A stretch of 64,000 nt of DNA, from positions 2,182,419 through 2,246,418 of the forward strand of contig MU058198.1 in the NCBI GenBank assembly GCA_013265495.1. The letters run 5' to 3'. Position 1 is the stretch's first letter. Each line of letters opens with the position of its first letter. This DNA is from Vicugna vicugna. Taxonomy: Eukaryota. A program made the translations under genes and the position numbers. Shown piece after piece: positions 26,176-40,584 of the stretch. Under the pieces are notes generated by a model. That model was not told the origin of the DNA. It saw only the letters and a list, made by a program, of their open reading frames with translations, and searched no databases.

Positions 26176-26572
26176 CACAATGCAATATTGTTTTAATAGC
26201 CAACTATTAGAAGCATACTAATGTCCATCAAGAAGGGAATAAGTAACTGATGGTATTTCCATATAATATAGAATTCTTTATAACCATAAATGTTTGGTGT
26301 AGTCCACTCACTTAAATGTAAAAGACAAGTTAGAAAAAATAGCAATAGGATAATACCATTTTAAAAATCAAAGAAAATGAGGATAAAATTAATATTTGCA
26401 GAAGCTGTAAATGGATATCTCTGGAAGCGTGGTGTTTTGGGGGAGCTCTTTTCTTTACTGTTTAATTCTGTAATATTTGAATTGTATAATCATACATTTT
26501 AAAACAGTAAGCGTTTTACAGTTGTGTTTTAGAGATTCTGGTTCCAGCTTGTTTTTGTTTCTGTGGAAATAG

Positions 26573-26668
26573 GTGTGAGTCATCCTGTTCTAAAGCAAGT
26601 TGCTGAACGATTTCTCAATGTGAGAGGTGGCCTTGGTTTATCTAGTGCAAAGGCCAAATACCGTGGAG
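26573..26668 (+). CDS. UQCRC2: UQCRC2 exon 9
   Basis: [40 protein letters not shown] flanks. Confidence 0.96.
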
Positions 26669-26974
26669 GTAAGCATTTTGTTCTGTTGAGTTACTTTATC
26701 AGGATGCCCCCTCTCACCCCAGCAGCGTACTGCAGTATAACAGGCCTAATCATTTACTACCAGATAGTATCAGTGTGGAAAGAAGGAATTAGATTGCCTG
26801 GGGGTTAGGTATTAAACATGTTTGAGTATGTGTTGGGGGTGGGGCAGGCTGGCATGAGGAGAGCACGAGGCCACAGAAAAGCTTGATCTCAGTAGATCAG
26901 TGCTGCGTCATAGAGAATACCGAAGGGTAAAACCACTAGCCACTTTCTTGTTCGCTTCCCTTACCTGGCCCCAG

Positions 26975-27174
26975 GTGAAGTCCGAGAACAGAATGGAGAC
27001 AGTCTCGTCCATGCTGCCCTGGTAGCAGAAAGCACTGCCGCAGGAAGTGCAGAAGCAAATGCATTCAGTGTTCTCCAGCACGTCCTCGGTGCCGGGCCAC
27101 ACGTTAAGAGGGGCAGCAACGCCACCAGCTCACTCTACCAGGCTGTTGCCAAGGGAACCCACCAGCCATTTGAT
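26975..27174 (+). CDS. UQCRC2: UQCRC2 exon 10
   Basis: [75 protein letters not shown] flanks. Confidence 0.97.
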
Positions 27175-27925
27175 GTGAGTCTGAGCAGTGGATAGCTCTC
27201 TTTTTGTTCGCAGAGGCTCAGTGTTCATGATGTAGTCCTGATAACTTGGGCTCTAAATGTTAATTCTGCTTTTAAAATTTAAGATGAACAGAAAGAAAAT
27301 CTTTGTAAAATTGAAGAGACAGCCAGGCCTAATTTTAGTACCTTAGTGGGTCTATCAAAAACTTACTGTCTTTTCAGTTATTCTAATAAAAAAGAAGTAC
27401 TAATGCTTAGAAAGTCAGAAGTTCGCAGTTCAGTTCCCTTTAAAGTTTTAGATAGTAAACATTCCCCTAGTTCCGATTAGTCTTTTTTTCTGATTTCTTC
27501 TGTCCCCTTCCATTCTTGTGGCTACTTCCTGAGTTCCACTGCTCTTCATGTTTTCCAAACTGCTTACAGACTTACCCCTTCAGCTGGAGATTAAGTTAAA
27601 AAAAAAGAAAAATGACATTTAGTCATAACAAAAAGCCCATGTTACCTTAGAAGACACCTTTTTATGACAGTGAGGAAAGTGCCAAAGCTTTCAAAATAGT
27701 GATACTTAAATCAAGAGAATGTAAATTGTCAACCAGCAAAATACCATTGAATGAGTGACCGTTGTCTGCTCAGTGTAATATCGTACGTGACCTTCATTGA
27801 GATGTTTAAAAGGTAACAAATGTACTAAATTGTAGGATTGAGTATTGTTCGTAATTTCAACAACAGTATGTAGCACAGGTAGGTTTATGCTTCAGTAAGT
27901 CTTTGGCCATTTGACACTTAACAAT

Positions 27926-28217
27926 GGAAGTTAAAATCCGTCTTTATTTTTTATCCCTCTGTTTAATACTTGAGTGGTAGTTTTCACTTTTTTTTTTTTT
28001 TTTAAGTAGAGGAGCCTTCTTTATCCAATACAGTTTCCCAGTTGCAATGCCCAACACCTAAGTTTTTGCTTAGGAAGTTAAAATCCGTCTTTATTTTTTA
28101 TCCCTCTGTTTAATACTTGAGTGGTAGTTTTCATTTTTTTTTTTTTTTTAAGTAGAGGAGCCTTCTTTATCCAATACAGTTTCCCAGTTGCAATGCCCAA
28201 CACCTAAGTTTTTGCTT
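27926..28217. repeat. Tandem duplication of about 146 bp (27926-28071 and 28073-28217)
   Basis: Both copies run ggaagttaaaatccg...agtttttgctt and differ only at the poly-T tract. Confidence 0.95.
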
Positions 28218-28582
28218 TTAAAGAAGTTTAGAAGGCTTACTTGACAGTGAAACCCTTGGAATCTTCTGTTCAGAGCCTTAGGATTCCCTGGAGCACAGTT
28301 TGAAAACCATTGTCTTAAATTAGTCGTAAGTTAGATTTCGTCCAGATTTTCTTTCTCCTGGTTCATGGTCTGCTCTGTTTTCTTTTCTTCATGCTTTACT
28401 CTTCACCACTGAATGTTAATGATGCTTTGAGTGACTGAAGTTGAATCTAATCCAGTGACATAATTTAATAGAAATTTCCTACTTCAGAAATTTGGGGTAT
28501 GAATGGGATAGTCTCAGAATTGTAAGTAAACATCAAGTAATTGAAGTGCACACCTTCATATGCTTTACCTGGACTCAACCAA

Positions 28583-28765
28583 CAGTTTTCAACCTTTAGT
28601 GTGCATAAGAATCACCTGGAATGCTAGTTTAAACTGCCAGCTCCCAGGCTGCATCCACAGGGATCTGAATGAGTAGATCTGCTGTTGGAACCTGAAAGTC
28701 TGTAGTTTCAATGACAACTCAGGTGTTCCTTATGTAAATGGTCCACGTAAACACTAGGATACACT
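28583..28765. mobile_element. MER5-type hAT MITE
   Basis: cagttttcaacctt...taagaatcacctggaatgct...caggtgttcct. Similar elements lie at ~23825-24040 and ~43865-44040. Confidence 0.6.
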
Positions 28766-29348
28766 GTACTCAGCAGTCATGTTCACCTTAAGGAGCTTAA
28801 CACTACTCAGGCTATAGACAGCAATTCCCCTGTTTTCCAGAGGCTAAACTTCCTGTCACCTTGGACACCTGAGTAATGACCACTAAGCCAAAATTTTTTT
28901 CCTAATCCTTTGACTTTAGTCTGTAGGAGAAGTGAAAGCAAACTGGTGAAAAGGAAGTCACCACCAACAGCAGAGGAAAGAAAGCAGTTTTGTGTAATGC
29001 CAAAGCCCACAGTCCATACCACTAAGCCGTACTGAGTCTATAGTAAAATGTTCACAAGTTAATGTTTGCATTAACCTTTAATCATCAAAAGGTGAGAAAA
29101 TACCCAGCAAAGAGGAAAGTGACTGATCCTTTTTAGAAAGATTTAAATGAGAGAAGTTAAAACCATTACAGTTCTGAAAGAGGTAATCTGTGTGCAGAAC
29201 ACTTCAGTCCTTGACAGAACCAGTTAAGTGAAATATTAATCTTTGCTTATACTGTGAAAGTACATATTTTTATCCAGACAGCTTTAAGGAAATTATGTCC
29301 GGTTTTACCTGGTAGAAGGACATACAGTAAAGTTTCATTACATTTCAG

Positions 29349-29429
29349 GTTTCTGCTTTTAATGCCAGTTACTCAGATTCTGGACTCTTTGGGATTTACA
29401 CTATCTCGCAAGCTGCAGCTGCTGGAGAT
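29349..29429 (+). CDS. UQCRC2: UQCRC2 exon 11
   Basis: [35 protein letters not shown] flanks. Confidence 0.97.
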
Positions 29430-31444
29430 GTAAGTTCAAATTCTTATCAGTTCTCACAAGATTTTTCCCCCATTGACGTTTTTAGTAAAAATATGGAATG
29501 TTTGAATGCCATGACTTATCAGAGCTCTGTATATCTTTATTAAGGTGTATCTGCTGCGGAGGAAACTTAAAAATGAAAAATGTATACTAATGCTTCCAGG
29601 AAAGAGGGAGGAAATGCCTCCTTGATACTTTGGTTCTGTGTGGCCAAGTGTCATTGAGTTGTCTCTGGGATATCCAAATGAAGGGCTCAGTGAGGTCAAG
29701 CCTAGGATGTATATTGGGAGTCCTCAGTATAAAGAGTGCTGAAGTCAGGGTCATGTGTGAAAGGTTACATGAGAAGGAAACTGAAGGTTGAGCTGTGGGA
29801 ACCACTACCATGTGACTAAAGAAAACAAGAAGAAAAAGAAGAGAAACTGTTGTATTTGGAGGCCAGGAAGGCAAGAAACAATAACACTATTTTGATCTAC
29901 TCCAGATTAACATCCCTTTAGTTACCACAGAGAGGAGAGATCTGGTAGTTTTAGCAAACTAGGACACTATTGGTGATATTAATCAGTTTTCACCAGAGTG
30001 TTGGAGGTGGACTAAAATCTATAGAATTAAGGAATAAGTGAGGAAAAAGCAATGCAAAATTGGTGTAGGTAAGTGGAGCTTAGACTTGTGGTGGTGGTCG
30101 TTTTAGGAGAGTTTACACTGAGAGATGAAGTTGGAAGAGACAATCATACTGAAAGGAAAGAAAAATTGGAGCAAATAAAGGAGATGGGAAATCATAGATG
30201 GATCTGAAAAGTCTGAAAAAGCAAGAGCAAACAGGAATCACAGTACAAGTGGACTTTTTAGCGTTGGACACAAAGGCTGACGTTGGGCAAAGAGGATGTC
30301 AGGGAGATGAAGCACATCCCTGGTGAGGCAGGGGGCTAAGTCGTGCTTGGAGAGTCAGAGAAGCGGGGAGAGTTTAAAGAAAGTAATGAGGTTCGGGACA
30401 GAGGAGTGGCTAGATGCACACAGAATGGGCATAGCAGCAGTTTAGCTGTCTCCTTGTGATGAGTGGCCACAGATTCATAGTACAGTCAGTCGGGGGTCTT
30501 TCGTGATTTATCATTAGTGTTCACACCTAATGGAGAAATGGAGGAGGCAGGCAGTCGGGTTGATCCTAGATTAGAGTCCTGCGAAGTAGGCAAGTCAGAG
30601 GTATGAGGAGATGGCAGGAAGCTGGAAACACAACAGTGACTGAAAGAATGAATGGTCATGGATCTAGGCTAAATAAAGAAGTGAAGCCAGAAGGGCCTGA
30701 TAGATTGGAAGTGGACAAATAAGGAACTAGGGATCTTGGTAAAGTGGAAGATAAGGATAGCGTGATTAAAGACTTAGGCCAGAGGTCTTGGAATGAGAGG
30801 ATTTCAGAGGCAGATGTAGGTTATGTCCAGTTCTGGGGTATGGCTGTGAAAATACATAGCTAAAATGGAGGGGAAGTGAGGGTCCTAGAATTTAGGTGAT
30901 TAGGAAGAACAGTAAGTTTCAGACCCAGAATGATGCCAAGGTTGGGATGGAAAAAATCAGGGACCAGGTTTATGTATTTATTTATTTATTCAACAAATAT
31001 TTACCAGGTACCTACCCACATCACTGCAATTTGATTCCTTCTTGACTCCAGCCTTCCAAGTATGGATAAGCTCTAAGATGGGCTGTGTGTGGACTACTTA
31101 TTTCTTCTTAGTGAACAGCAGGAGATCGCAGTATTGATTACATGACTGAGAGTCTGGGGAGGTTTTAGAGGTGTTTATTCTTTACAAGCAATCATAAGTC
31201 CCTGTGTTTTCTTAAACCCTCCTGCCATCCTCTTCCCTCTGCCACTTTAAGCCTATAAAGAACTTGGCTACTTGAATATTGTACAGACAGCTGCTTTATG
31301 GAACATTGGAAGCATAAGAAGCACACAGTGACCTAAGAATTCCAAATGGACACTACACTGTTTCTCGTATTTCGGCCTCAGTAGAGGAGTGTTTGATCAC
31401 TGTGGACTCTGGCACTGATCAGAGATTTTACTTGTCTGTCCTAG

Positions 31445-31521
31445 GTTATCAAGGCTGCCTATAACCAAGTCAAAACAATTGCTCAAGGAAATCTTTCTAA
31501 CACAGATGTCCAAACTGCCAA
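31445..31521 (+). CDS. UQCRC2: UQCRC2 exon 12
   Basis: VIKAAYNQVKTIAQGNLSNTDVQTA(K); AG/GTAAGT flanks. Confidence 0.96.
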
Positions 31522-33692
31522 GTAAGTTTCAGTGTTAACTGAGTTTCATGTTTCAGTTATTTGAAAGTTGTATTTTTTTCTAGTACAACACTATTGTAAT
31601 AAATGCACAAAAGGATTGAAAGGGTACAGCAAACTATTTAAAAGGAAAGGGGAATACACTCCTACCACCAGGAGATATCATTGTTAACATTTTGCTTATT
31701 TTCTTGACCATTTTTATGCATTTTTAAATGTAATTGTTAATATTGTATATATACTTACGTCCTATTTAATAGTGTTTATTGTAGAAATTTGAAAATTATA
31801 AAAAGAAAAAAAGACAGAAGTTATCTTTCATTCCCTACCAATGATTCTTCCCTTTTTTTAAACATTATAATGATGTTCCCATTTATTTGCATTACTAAAA
31901 ATTTGTCATAAAGTTTTAATTGGTGTGTCAGAATATACTTATTGGACATTTTCTGCATTTGGAAATTATAAACTATAAAGGGTACCTCTGGGCTTAAAAC
32001 ATTTTTGTGTTTCGTATTACTTTCTTGGTATAGATTCCCAACTAGGCCAAGAGTTATAAATATAATGAAAAGATCTGCATTAAAATATATATATGTTTAT
32101 ATAAATATATGTATATGTTTATAGAATTTTATTTTTATATTTTGGAGTCACAGGGTAAAAGGTTGTACCAGTTTATAATCACATTGTCAGCATAGGAATG
32201 AGAATGCCTGTTTACTATAACCATTGGCTTTTTTTTTTTTTTTTTTTTTAACTCTTTACTGATTTGATAGACCCCACTGTCCTCATGGAAAGTGCTGACA
32301 ACACCTCTTAACTCAGCAGTCCTGGGAGTTTCTCTAACCTTTTAGAGACAGACTTTGGACAGAATTGGAAGTCAGCTTGCACTTTCCTACAGACATTTAG
32401 AACATTTAAATTTGACTCCATCTATTTAAGACAGTTCAGAATATGAATTCTGAAACGCTGGCGGTCTTCATGGTCATTTAGTATTGCCCACAAAGGAAGT
32501 CTGACAGGGTGAGTTACAATCCAGGAGGGAACAACCTTTTGCCGTTTCTGTCCTCATTTGTATTATTACTTTATTATACTGAACAAATGAAAAAATTGCA
32601 TCTCTTGAGTAAGTATGACACAGTTTATTAAATGTATACATGGAGCCAAGGATTGGTGGGATGCGGTTCCCCATGACTGCACTAGAAACAAGCCATGATG
32701 AGAATAAACTGAAACACTGGATTTGCTTAGGAAAAATTGGTTTCAAACCTAATTTATTTAAAAAATACATGTATTTTCTTTAGTGTAGCACAGTTTTTAA
32801 AAGGTATAGCAACATGTAGAAGATGGAGTTTTGATTATTAATGTCAAGATATGTTTGTTTCTGCCATTTTGATGGAGTTGATACTTTTCCTTGTAAGGTT
32901 CTTAGTTTTCCTATAGTGAAAGAAAGTGAGGTGTCATTGCAGAAGTGACAAACTAATAATTTCTTGGTAAAGTTTATTGCAGGTAAAATCTTTTCAATTA
33001 AGCTGACAATGTGGTAAAATTGCTACAATTATGTTTAATAGAAGTCTTGCTACAGGGTGCCAAGGAGATTAGTTTATTTTGAGAGGTAAATAACTCAGGT
33101 GCCTTTCTGAACACCAGTCTCTTTCTGGGATAACTATGAATTGAGTTTTATTTCAGAGTGAGGCTCCTGTGCCCATATTTAAGCCTTGGACTTACAGGAC
33201 CTATGCTGTCCTTCCCCGCTGCTCTCCCCTCAGTGAGTCAAATCCCAGCACAGAAATGGGGCTGAGGGCCAGGGGTGACAGATTATCAGTACACAACACT
33301 TTGCTAAGTGTGGACAGTGAGAAGAGATATTTTCTTCAATAGAAATGCCTAAAATTATCACCAAAATATGAGGAGGCAAGAGCCACTTCACTAATCAAAA
33401 CTTCACATTAAAATAGTTTTAACTAGATCTAAGTTCTAATTCAAAATCAAAGGGCAATCTATTGGGTTTTCAAATATAGTCTTGTATTGACAGCTTTCAA
33501 AATGATAATGTAAATAATAAAAGAGTTGGTGAACTGAAGAAATAGAATGGAGACCTTTAGTGCTGTTGAGGTTTCAAAGCTGTTAATTTATGTATTTACC
33601 AAAACATGTTTCAGGGTTTGGGAACATACTTTACAATCGCCGTGCTCTGTAAAACTGGCTTCTGCGTTAGTTACACACCTTTTATTGAACAG

Positions 33693-33846
33693 GAACAAGC
33701 TGAAAGCTAGCTACCTAATGTCTGTGGAGTCTTCTGAGAGTTTCCTGGATGAAATTGGGTCCCAGGCTCTAGTTGCTGGTTCCTACGTTCCGCCATCCAC
33801 AGTCCTTCAGCAGATTGACGCAGTAGCTGACGCTGACGTCATAAAT
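33693..33846 (+). CDS. UQCRC2: UQCRC2 exon 13
   Basis: [59 protein letters not shown] flanks. Confidence 0.96.
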
Positions 33847-34709
33847 GTAAGCAAGTGAAAATTTATTTAACATCAAATAACTTGTCCTTAATGATCCAGT
33901 TTCAGGAGGAATGTATAAGCTTCCTTGGGCTACGTATGGTCTTCTGGTCTGGGGCCTGTCTACCTCGTGTGGAGGCAGAAGGGCTCGTTACCATCAGACC
34001 TGCAGACAGCCTCCTTGTCAACTCAGGGTATCCTCATTCAGCTAAATTACCGTTAGATCCTTAAACCGTTTTAGATCCTTAAAGGTCAAGGAGAGTCAAA
34101 TATTGGCAGTTTCACACGATTCAACCTAATTGTCAAGTTTGGTATTTTCCTTCCTCACTCCTAAGAGATAAACTCTATCCTGCCAGTCCTTCACGATCCA
34201 GTCTTCTCAGTCTGAGACATTCTCTTGGCCCTGCTGTTTTGTGTTGGGGTTTTTTTTTTCCCCCTTCACATATTTTGTTTGCTATAAGATTGAGTTGTTT
34301 TGAGGGTAAGGACTGTGTCTTACGCCTCTCTGTATTCCCTACTGCGCCTAACAAGTACATGAACTACAGAATAAAGCCAGAATCAGTCCTTTTTATATTA
34401 AAAATGCCTACTCCCCTTCCATGGTAGAGGTCTCAGCCATCTCACCAAGGGATCTACCTTATATGTAGGGACAACGAGGGTAGGAAAAAGAAACAGGCTG
34501 TGTCAAGATAGTAACACTGACTTGATTTCACTTGGCCTCTACGTTCATCGTACATACTCTTCCAAATGGCTTTCCTCATCTTGTACACTGTACTGTCACG
34601 TGAGCCCAACCCAGCTGCCTCCAACACCATCTGTGTTTAAAAAGCTGGCCTGAGATACTGTGGGGCTGTTCCTCACGGTATTACACTTAACCTAAACAAC
34701 CAGCCTTTG

Positions 34710-34823
34710 TTTGGTTTGGTTTTTTGTTTGTTTTGTTTTGTGGGGGAGGCAGTTGTAGGGAATGAACCCAGGTCCTTGTGCGTGCTAAGCACACGCTCTA
34801 CCACTGGAGCTATGCCCTCCCCC
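34710..34823 (-). mobile_element. tRNA-Ala-derived SINE (Vic-1-like)
   Basis: gaacccaggtccttgtgcgtgctaagcacacgctctaccactggagctatgccctcccc, with TSD taaaca[a/g]ccagcctttg on both sides. Confidence 0.85.
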
Positions 34824-35100
34824 TAAACAGCCAGCCTTTGGAGTATAACTTTTCAGTTAACAGTGTATGTTTTATTGACTCAGGCTATTTGCCATTGTAA
34901 TATAGAAACAAGGAAGTACACCTCTGCCCTGTTTTGCAATGTCAGAGAGGTTTCCTTTTTCCCCCTTTTTAAAGCTACCCGCATCTCTAGAGCACCAGAC
35001 TTGCTCAGTCACACATAGGATGGAATATTCCAAGGAAAAGAAGTTTATCTTCTTGCTTATTTCTATTAACTTTCTTTTTTGTTTGTTTGTTTACTTAAAG

Positions 35101-35184
35101 GCTGCAAAGAAGTTTGTTTCTGGCCGGAAGTCAATGGCAGCAAGCGGCAATTTGGGGCATACACCTTTTGTTGATGAGTTGTAA
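35101..35184 (+). CDS. UQCRC2: UQCRC2 exon 14 (terminal)
   Basis: [27 protein letters not shown]. The 14 exons total 1362 nt = 453 aa + stop. Confidence 0.97.
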   Translation, partial: AAKKFVSGRKSMAASGNLGHTPFVDEL

Positions 35185-35339
35185 TACTGAAACACATGTT
35201 ACAGGAAAGAGCTGAACATTTTCTCGACCCATAGCAGCAAACACATGGAAGTCAAAAGTCTCTAATGTAATATTTATCTTTTTTTCCAAAATATTGTAAA
35301 GCATAAATGCAGGTAATTGTTCCCAGCTGACCTAAAGTC

Positions 35340-35345
35340 AATAAA
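35340..35345 (+). terminator. UQCRC2: UQCRC2 polyadenylation signal AATAAA (a second one lies at 35453-35458)
   Basis: AATAAA about 155 nt after the stop codon, followed by a T/GT-rich downstream element. Confidence 0.75.
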
Positions 35346-36272
35346 ACATTCTGTTTAAATGTTTTTCTTGCATTTTTCCTAATTAGTCAACAAGTATTTA
35401 TCATATGCAGAGGTTTTTGTTTTGATGCTTTAAAGGAGAACAGAAATATAATAATAAAGTACAGAAGCATGAGAAACTATCAAAATTAAGGCTAAGTGGC
35501 TATCAGAATAAGTATTTCCAGATTATTGGTGACTTTTTAAGATAAAAATAGTTAAAAATCTGTCCTCTTGGGTAAGAACAATTAAATGGTCTGGATTTTA
35601 CCCCCCTTTTTGCCTTTTTTGCAATAGAGTTATTTGTGAAAAAATATAAATTCCCTTAGTCATATCCAGTATTTGCACTGCTTCATTTTCTGTGTTTATC
35701 TTTACTGTGGCAGAATTTGGTTTTCTTTCCTCTTCTCTCTCATCTGTTCCTATCCTGTCTCTGTCAACTAATTAACTATCAACCCAACATTCAAAGAAAA
35801 GTAAGGCTGAAAAGGGAGGCAGAAATTCTAATGTAAACAACTAGCCAAAAAAATTTCTCTTTTTCTTTTAAATAGGGCACTTGAAGTTTACAAAACAAGA
35901 GAAAGTATCTAAATTAAAATGTAGTACTTACCTTAAAAAATAAAATTCTCTACTATGTTCACACATTCTGATCCTGGGTTCCCTCTGCTGCACTTCCTAA
36001 AAGACGAGACATTCTTCTCAGAAAGGAGGGTCTTAAGGACTTGAATGATCATAATGATCTGAACAAGATCATTTGTGAGGTCTGTGAGACCCCAGGGCAG
36101 TCTCTGCACATCACTTTGAAGGTCTCCAAAGGCTTTACAACACGGTCGTGACGGAAAACTGGGAAGTCTGCACATATTTCTGTAAGGGTAGCAGAACTAT
36201 ACGTGGCAATGCACAAAATTTGGGTGTTTTTGAGAAAAATGCATCTGTGATGACGGATTTGCAAACTGCGGC

Positions 36273-36749
<477 letters not shown>

Positions 36750-38229
36750 TCATAAAATAAAGGATACAGTTCAGCTTTAGCACTGCCTTTCTGTGTTGAC
36801 ATTTTTCTTTTTAAAATTACCTTTAAATTTGTTTCCATTCCTAAAAGTAAATCAAGTTCGCCCTAAGTTATTTCACATTGCTTTAAAAAGCTTTGCACAG
36901 AACTTTAGCTAAGCTCAACTTCTGACCAGAGTATTAGCAGGCCTCAAAGGGTAAGTTAATTTCGCTCCACCCAGAAGGACAGGTCATTGTGGCCATCTCC
37001 TCCACAGAACTCAGTTTTCATGGGTCACATGGAGTCAGCAATAACGGAATATTACTGATTTTCAGGAAGCATCCAGAAATAGGGGCCTCATAAATATCTT
37101 CCACATGGTAACCACTGGAAAATCTTTACATCTTTTTTTTCCCACGAGCATCATTCTTTGCTTCTCGTTTGGGTTTACAAATGAGGATTTGTAGAACACC
37201 CTTCTACCCAGATGTGTCTCATCATTCACTCTTCCACCTCACTGTTTGCCATCCAAAAACTCGTAAGGATTTATTTGTAACTTGCCCCAACTATTGGCTT
37301 TCTTGGTTGTTACCTGCGCCTTCTATTACTTTCCTGAACAAATGCTATCTGTCACCTGCTCTCCCTCATTCTGGGATCTACTGCCCAACAGATCCAAAAT
37401 TAGATCTTTGTAATTATGAACTTTCTGTCCTGCTAATAAGGAATAGGTTTCTGCCCCAGCCCCCTCAACCTGTCAGACTTCCTAGTGTTACCACTAACAT
37501 CCTTGGAGGTCTGCCTGTTTTATTTGCCCCAAAGAATTTGGCGCAGCTTTTCCTAAAGTTTATCTCTTCTGGCAGTACACATTTGGTATTGAGTCATTTT
37601 TACTGAGAGTCACTAGTTTTAAATAGTGCAGTTTTCTTTGATCCTTGGTTTAGTGCTGTGTGAAGAGATTCAGAAAGTCTCAGGACTAGAAGAGTCTGCG
37701 TTCAGACTGCAAAGGACATCCTTTGTAACTCCGTATTAGGTCACTGCAAAGGACAGGTGGTAGGGCCAAGTTCTTATTAAAGTGGTATTAGGAAATAACT
37801 CCACAAGCCAGCGGGTCGGGGTTAGCTGGAAACAACTTCTATGACACTGGGTCTGCCCAGAGCGTCACACAGAGTGCTCTCCAGTGTGCGCACAGTGCTG
37901 TTTGCTCCTGAAAAACAGTCACACCGACTTTGTGAAATAAGCTTTTGCCTGACACTTCTGCCCCTGCCCTGTCCCCTTCCACATAACTTGCTAAAATGCC
38001 TTCTATACAAGCATTTTGCTTAACTAAGGGATTCAGAATGTGATTCGTATTGTCCCTATGTTTGTGGGGTTTAGCCTCATACTTAGGTTGTACTAGTCTG
38101 TGTTTATCTCCTTGCTTTTGAACTGTCAACCGACCATTCTTAGATTTTAATATTCTGAATCTCAAACTGTGTGCTTAAAACATAGTTGTTCTGTAAGTAA
38201 ATCTCAGGCTGGAGAACTGAACTTCCCAG

Positions 38230-38420
38230 TACAGGGTCCACCAGCTACCAGTGGCTGCTAAATTTAAACTGATTAAACTTGAATAAAATTTAAAATTCCT
38301 CAGTTACAAACCCTCACATTTCACGGGCTTAATGGCCACCTGCGGCCAGTGGCTGCCACATGGGATAACACAGATATGGAACGTTTCCACTACCGTAGAA
38401 AGTTACTGGACATCACTACT
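38230..38420. mobile_element. MER3/MER33-type hAT MITE
   Basis: gtggct...aaatttaaaatt...cacatttc...cagtggct...cacagatatggaacgtttcc...gaaagtt...tggacatcact. Confidence 0.65.
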
Positions 38421-40266
38421 CTGGAGGCAGACCTGTACCCCTTAGCCCTGGGACCTCTGGCAGATGTATACATCCCTCTATTGGATTCAGTTTTCTTATC
38501 TGTAAAATGATGATAAATAAAAATAGTTGGCATGGGGATTAAGTGGTATAATGCTTATAAAGCAGTGTCGACCACATAGTAAGCAACGAGTAAGTGTTCA
38601 CCATTGTCATTAATGATTTTTTCATCAGATCAGCATTGGTCTGGTTACTGGGGGGAACTTTTCACCCAGTTTGTACCTGATCTGAAGGGGACAACTGTGA
38701 CCCAGCTCTACTCCACAGTCACCACGTGGGAGTACAAGCCCATCCTCTGGTTTTTCAAGAGGAACCAGAGATGAAGATTCTTTCCATAAAGACCTTAGAT
38801 TTGTAAATTTAGCAACTCAGATATTTTTCATTTAAAATTTTTTGAAATACTCAGAAAAGTGCAAACAAAAAAGTTTAATAAAAAAAAATTATAAACACCT
38901 TGACAGCCACCACGCAGATCAAGAAATAGACTACTGCTGGCCCCTCGAACACCCCCCGTGTGTATCCTTGCTCTCTGCAGATGACTGCGCCTCCGGCTTT
39001 TGACAACAAACACCACAGGGGACAAGCAAAGCACGTCCGTGGGCCGTATCAGTCCCTGGGGCCGTAAGCTGGGCTCCCTGAAGTAATGTCTATGCAATAT
39101 GGGCCATTTTTCAGTAAAGCCCCAGCCATGTTTCCTTGAGCCCATCCTACTAAGCAAACGTATACAACTGCAGCAACTAGCTCAGGAGTCGGGTCAGAAC
39201 TAGGAAGGGCTGCTCCTGCATCAGAGCACTGCATTTGTCACGTGAAGAAAGGGGAGATGGAGAAATCAAGCGCAACCCTGAAATTTCTGACTTAACAAGG
39301 CAAATGCTCCCCCACTAAGACAGCGGGGGCGAGCTGGCTTTTGATTTTAGGTGTCATGAGTTTGAGATGCTCCTCATATGATACGTCCAAATGGAGATAT
39401 CAAGTGGGGAAACCACAGGAACCAGTGAGATTGCTTAGGAGATTGAGAGAAGAAAGCTAAAGACTAAACCTTGAGGAACTCCAAGGCTGGGGAAAAGGAG
39501 ATCAAGAGGAAGTGACCAGAAGAAACAGGAGAATCATGGGAGTGTGGTATCACAGAAGCCTAGGGAAAATGATGTTTCAACAAGAGTTGAGGTGGGAGGT
39601 TGTAAAGCGTCTAATGCTGCTCAAAAGCCAAGCAAAATAAAGACTGAGAAGAGTCTGTTGGGATCAGCAATACGAAGGTTGTGGGTGACTCTCGGAAAAA
39701 GGGCTCTCAGCCTAGAGATGAAGCAAGGCCTACACTGAGCCGGGAAGTGGTGTCTCCCAAAGAAATGGCAGTGTCTAATACAACCCTTTAACAGGTTTGG
39801 AGTCAAAGGACAGGACAGTAGCTGGAGGAGCAAGGAGAGGGGAGTGGAGTTAAGGTGGGGTTTGCTAAGATGACAGAGACTTTAAAATGTCTCAAATGTT
39901 ATTAGGAAGGATCCAGAGAGAGAAGGTGACTATGCAGGAAGACAAACGAGGAAACGGGATTCACAGCACATGTTTAAGAGCTAACTTTGGAAAAGGGAGC
40001 CATGTAGTGTATAGGTTTGGAGGCAGAGTTTCCACTGGATAGCTTGGTGTCTTTTTTTTTTAACTCTGTGTCCAAGACTCTTGCCTTTACCATTCTGCAT
40101 ATTGTACTTTCCAAAAGGACTTACAAACCCACTAAACTGTAGCAGTGTCATCAATCCCTCCTACATGGTATAACTGATAATTCTCACATTAAACCTAAGA
40201 CTCTGTGCTTCATAGACCCTGGGGGATTCTGTAGTATAACAAAGATTTCCTAAATTGAACTACTTA

Positions 40267-40584
<318 letters not shown>

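Noticed and set aside
33547..33692. Intronic ATG in frame with UQCRC2 exon 13
   Set aside because: No promoter evidence and no homology in the extension; open frames of this length are expected by chance.
37169..37606. 145-aa plus-strand ORF in PDZD9 intron 3
   Set aside because: Non-ATG start, no recognisable domain and no supporting splice structure.
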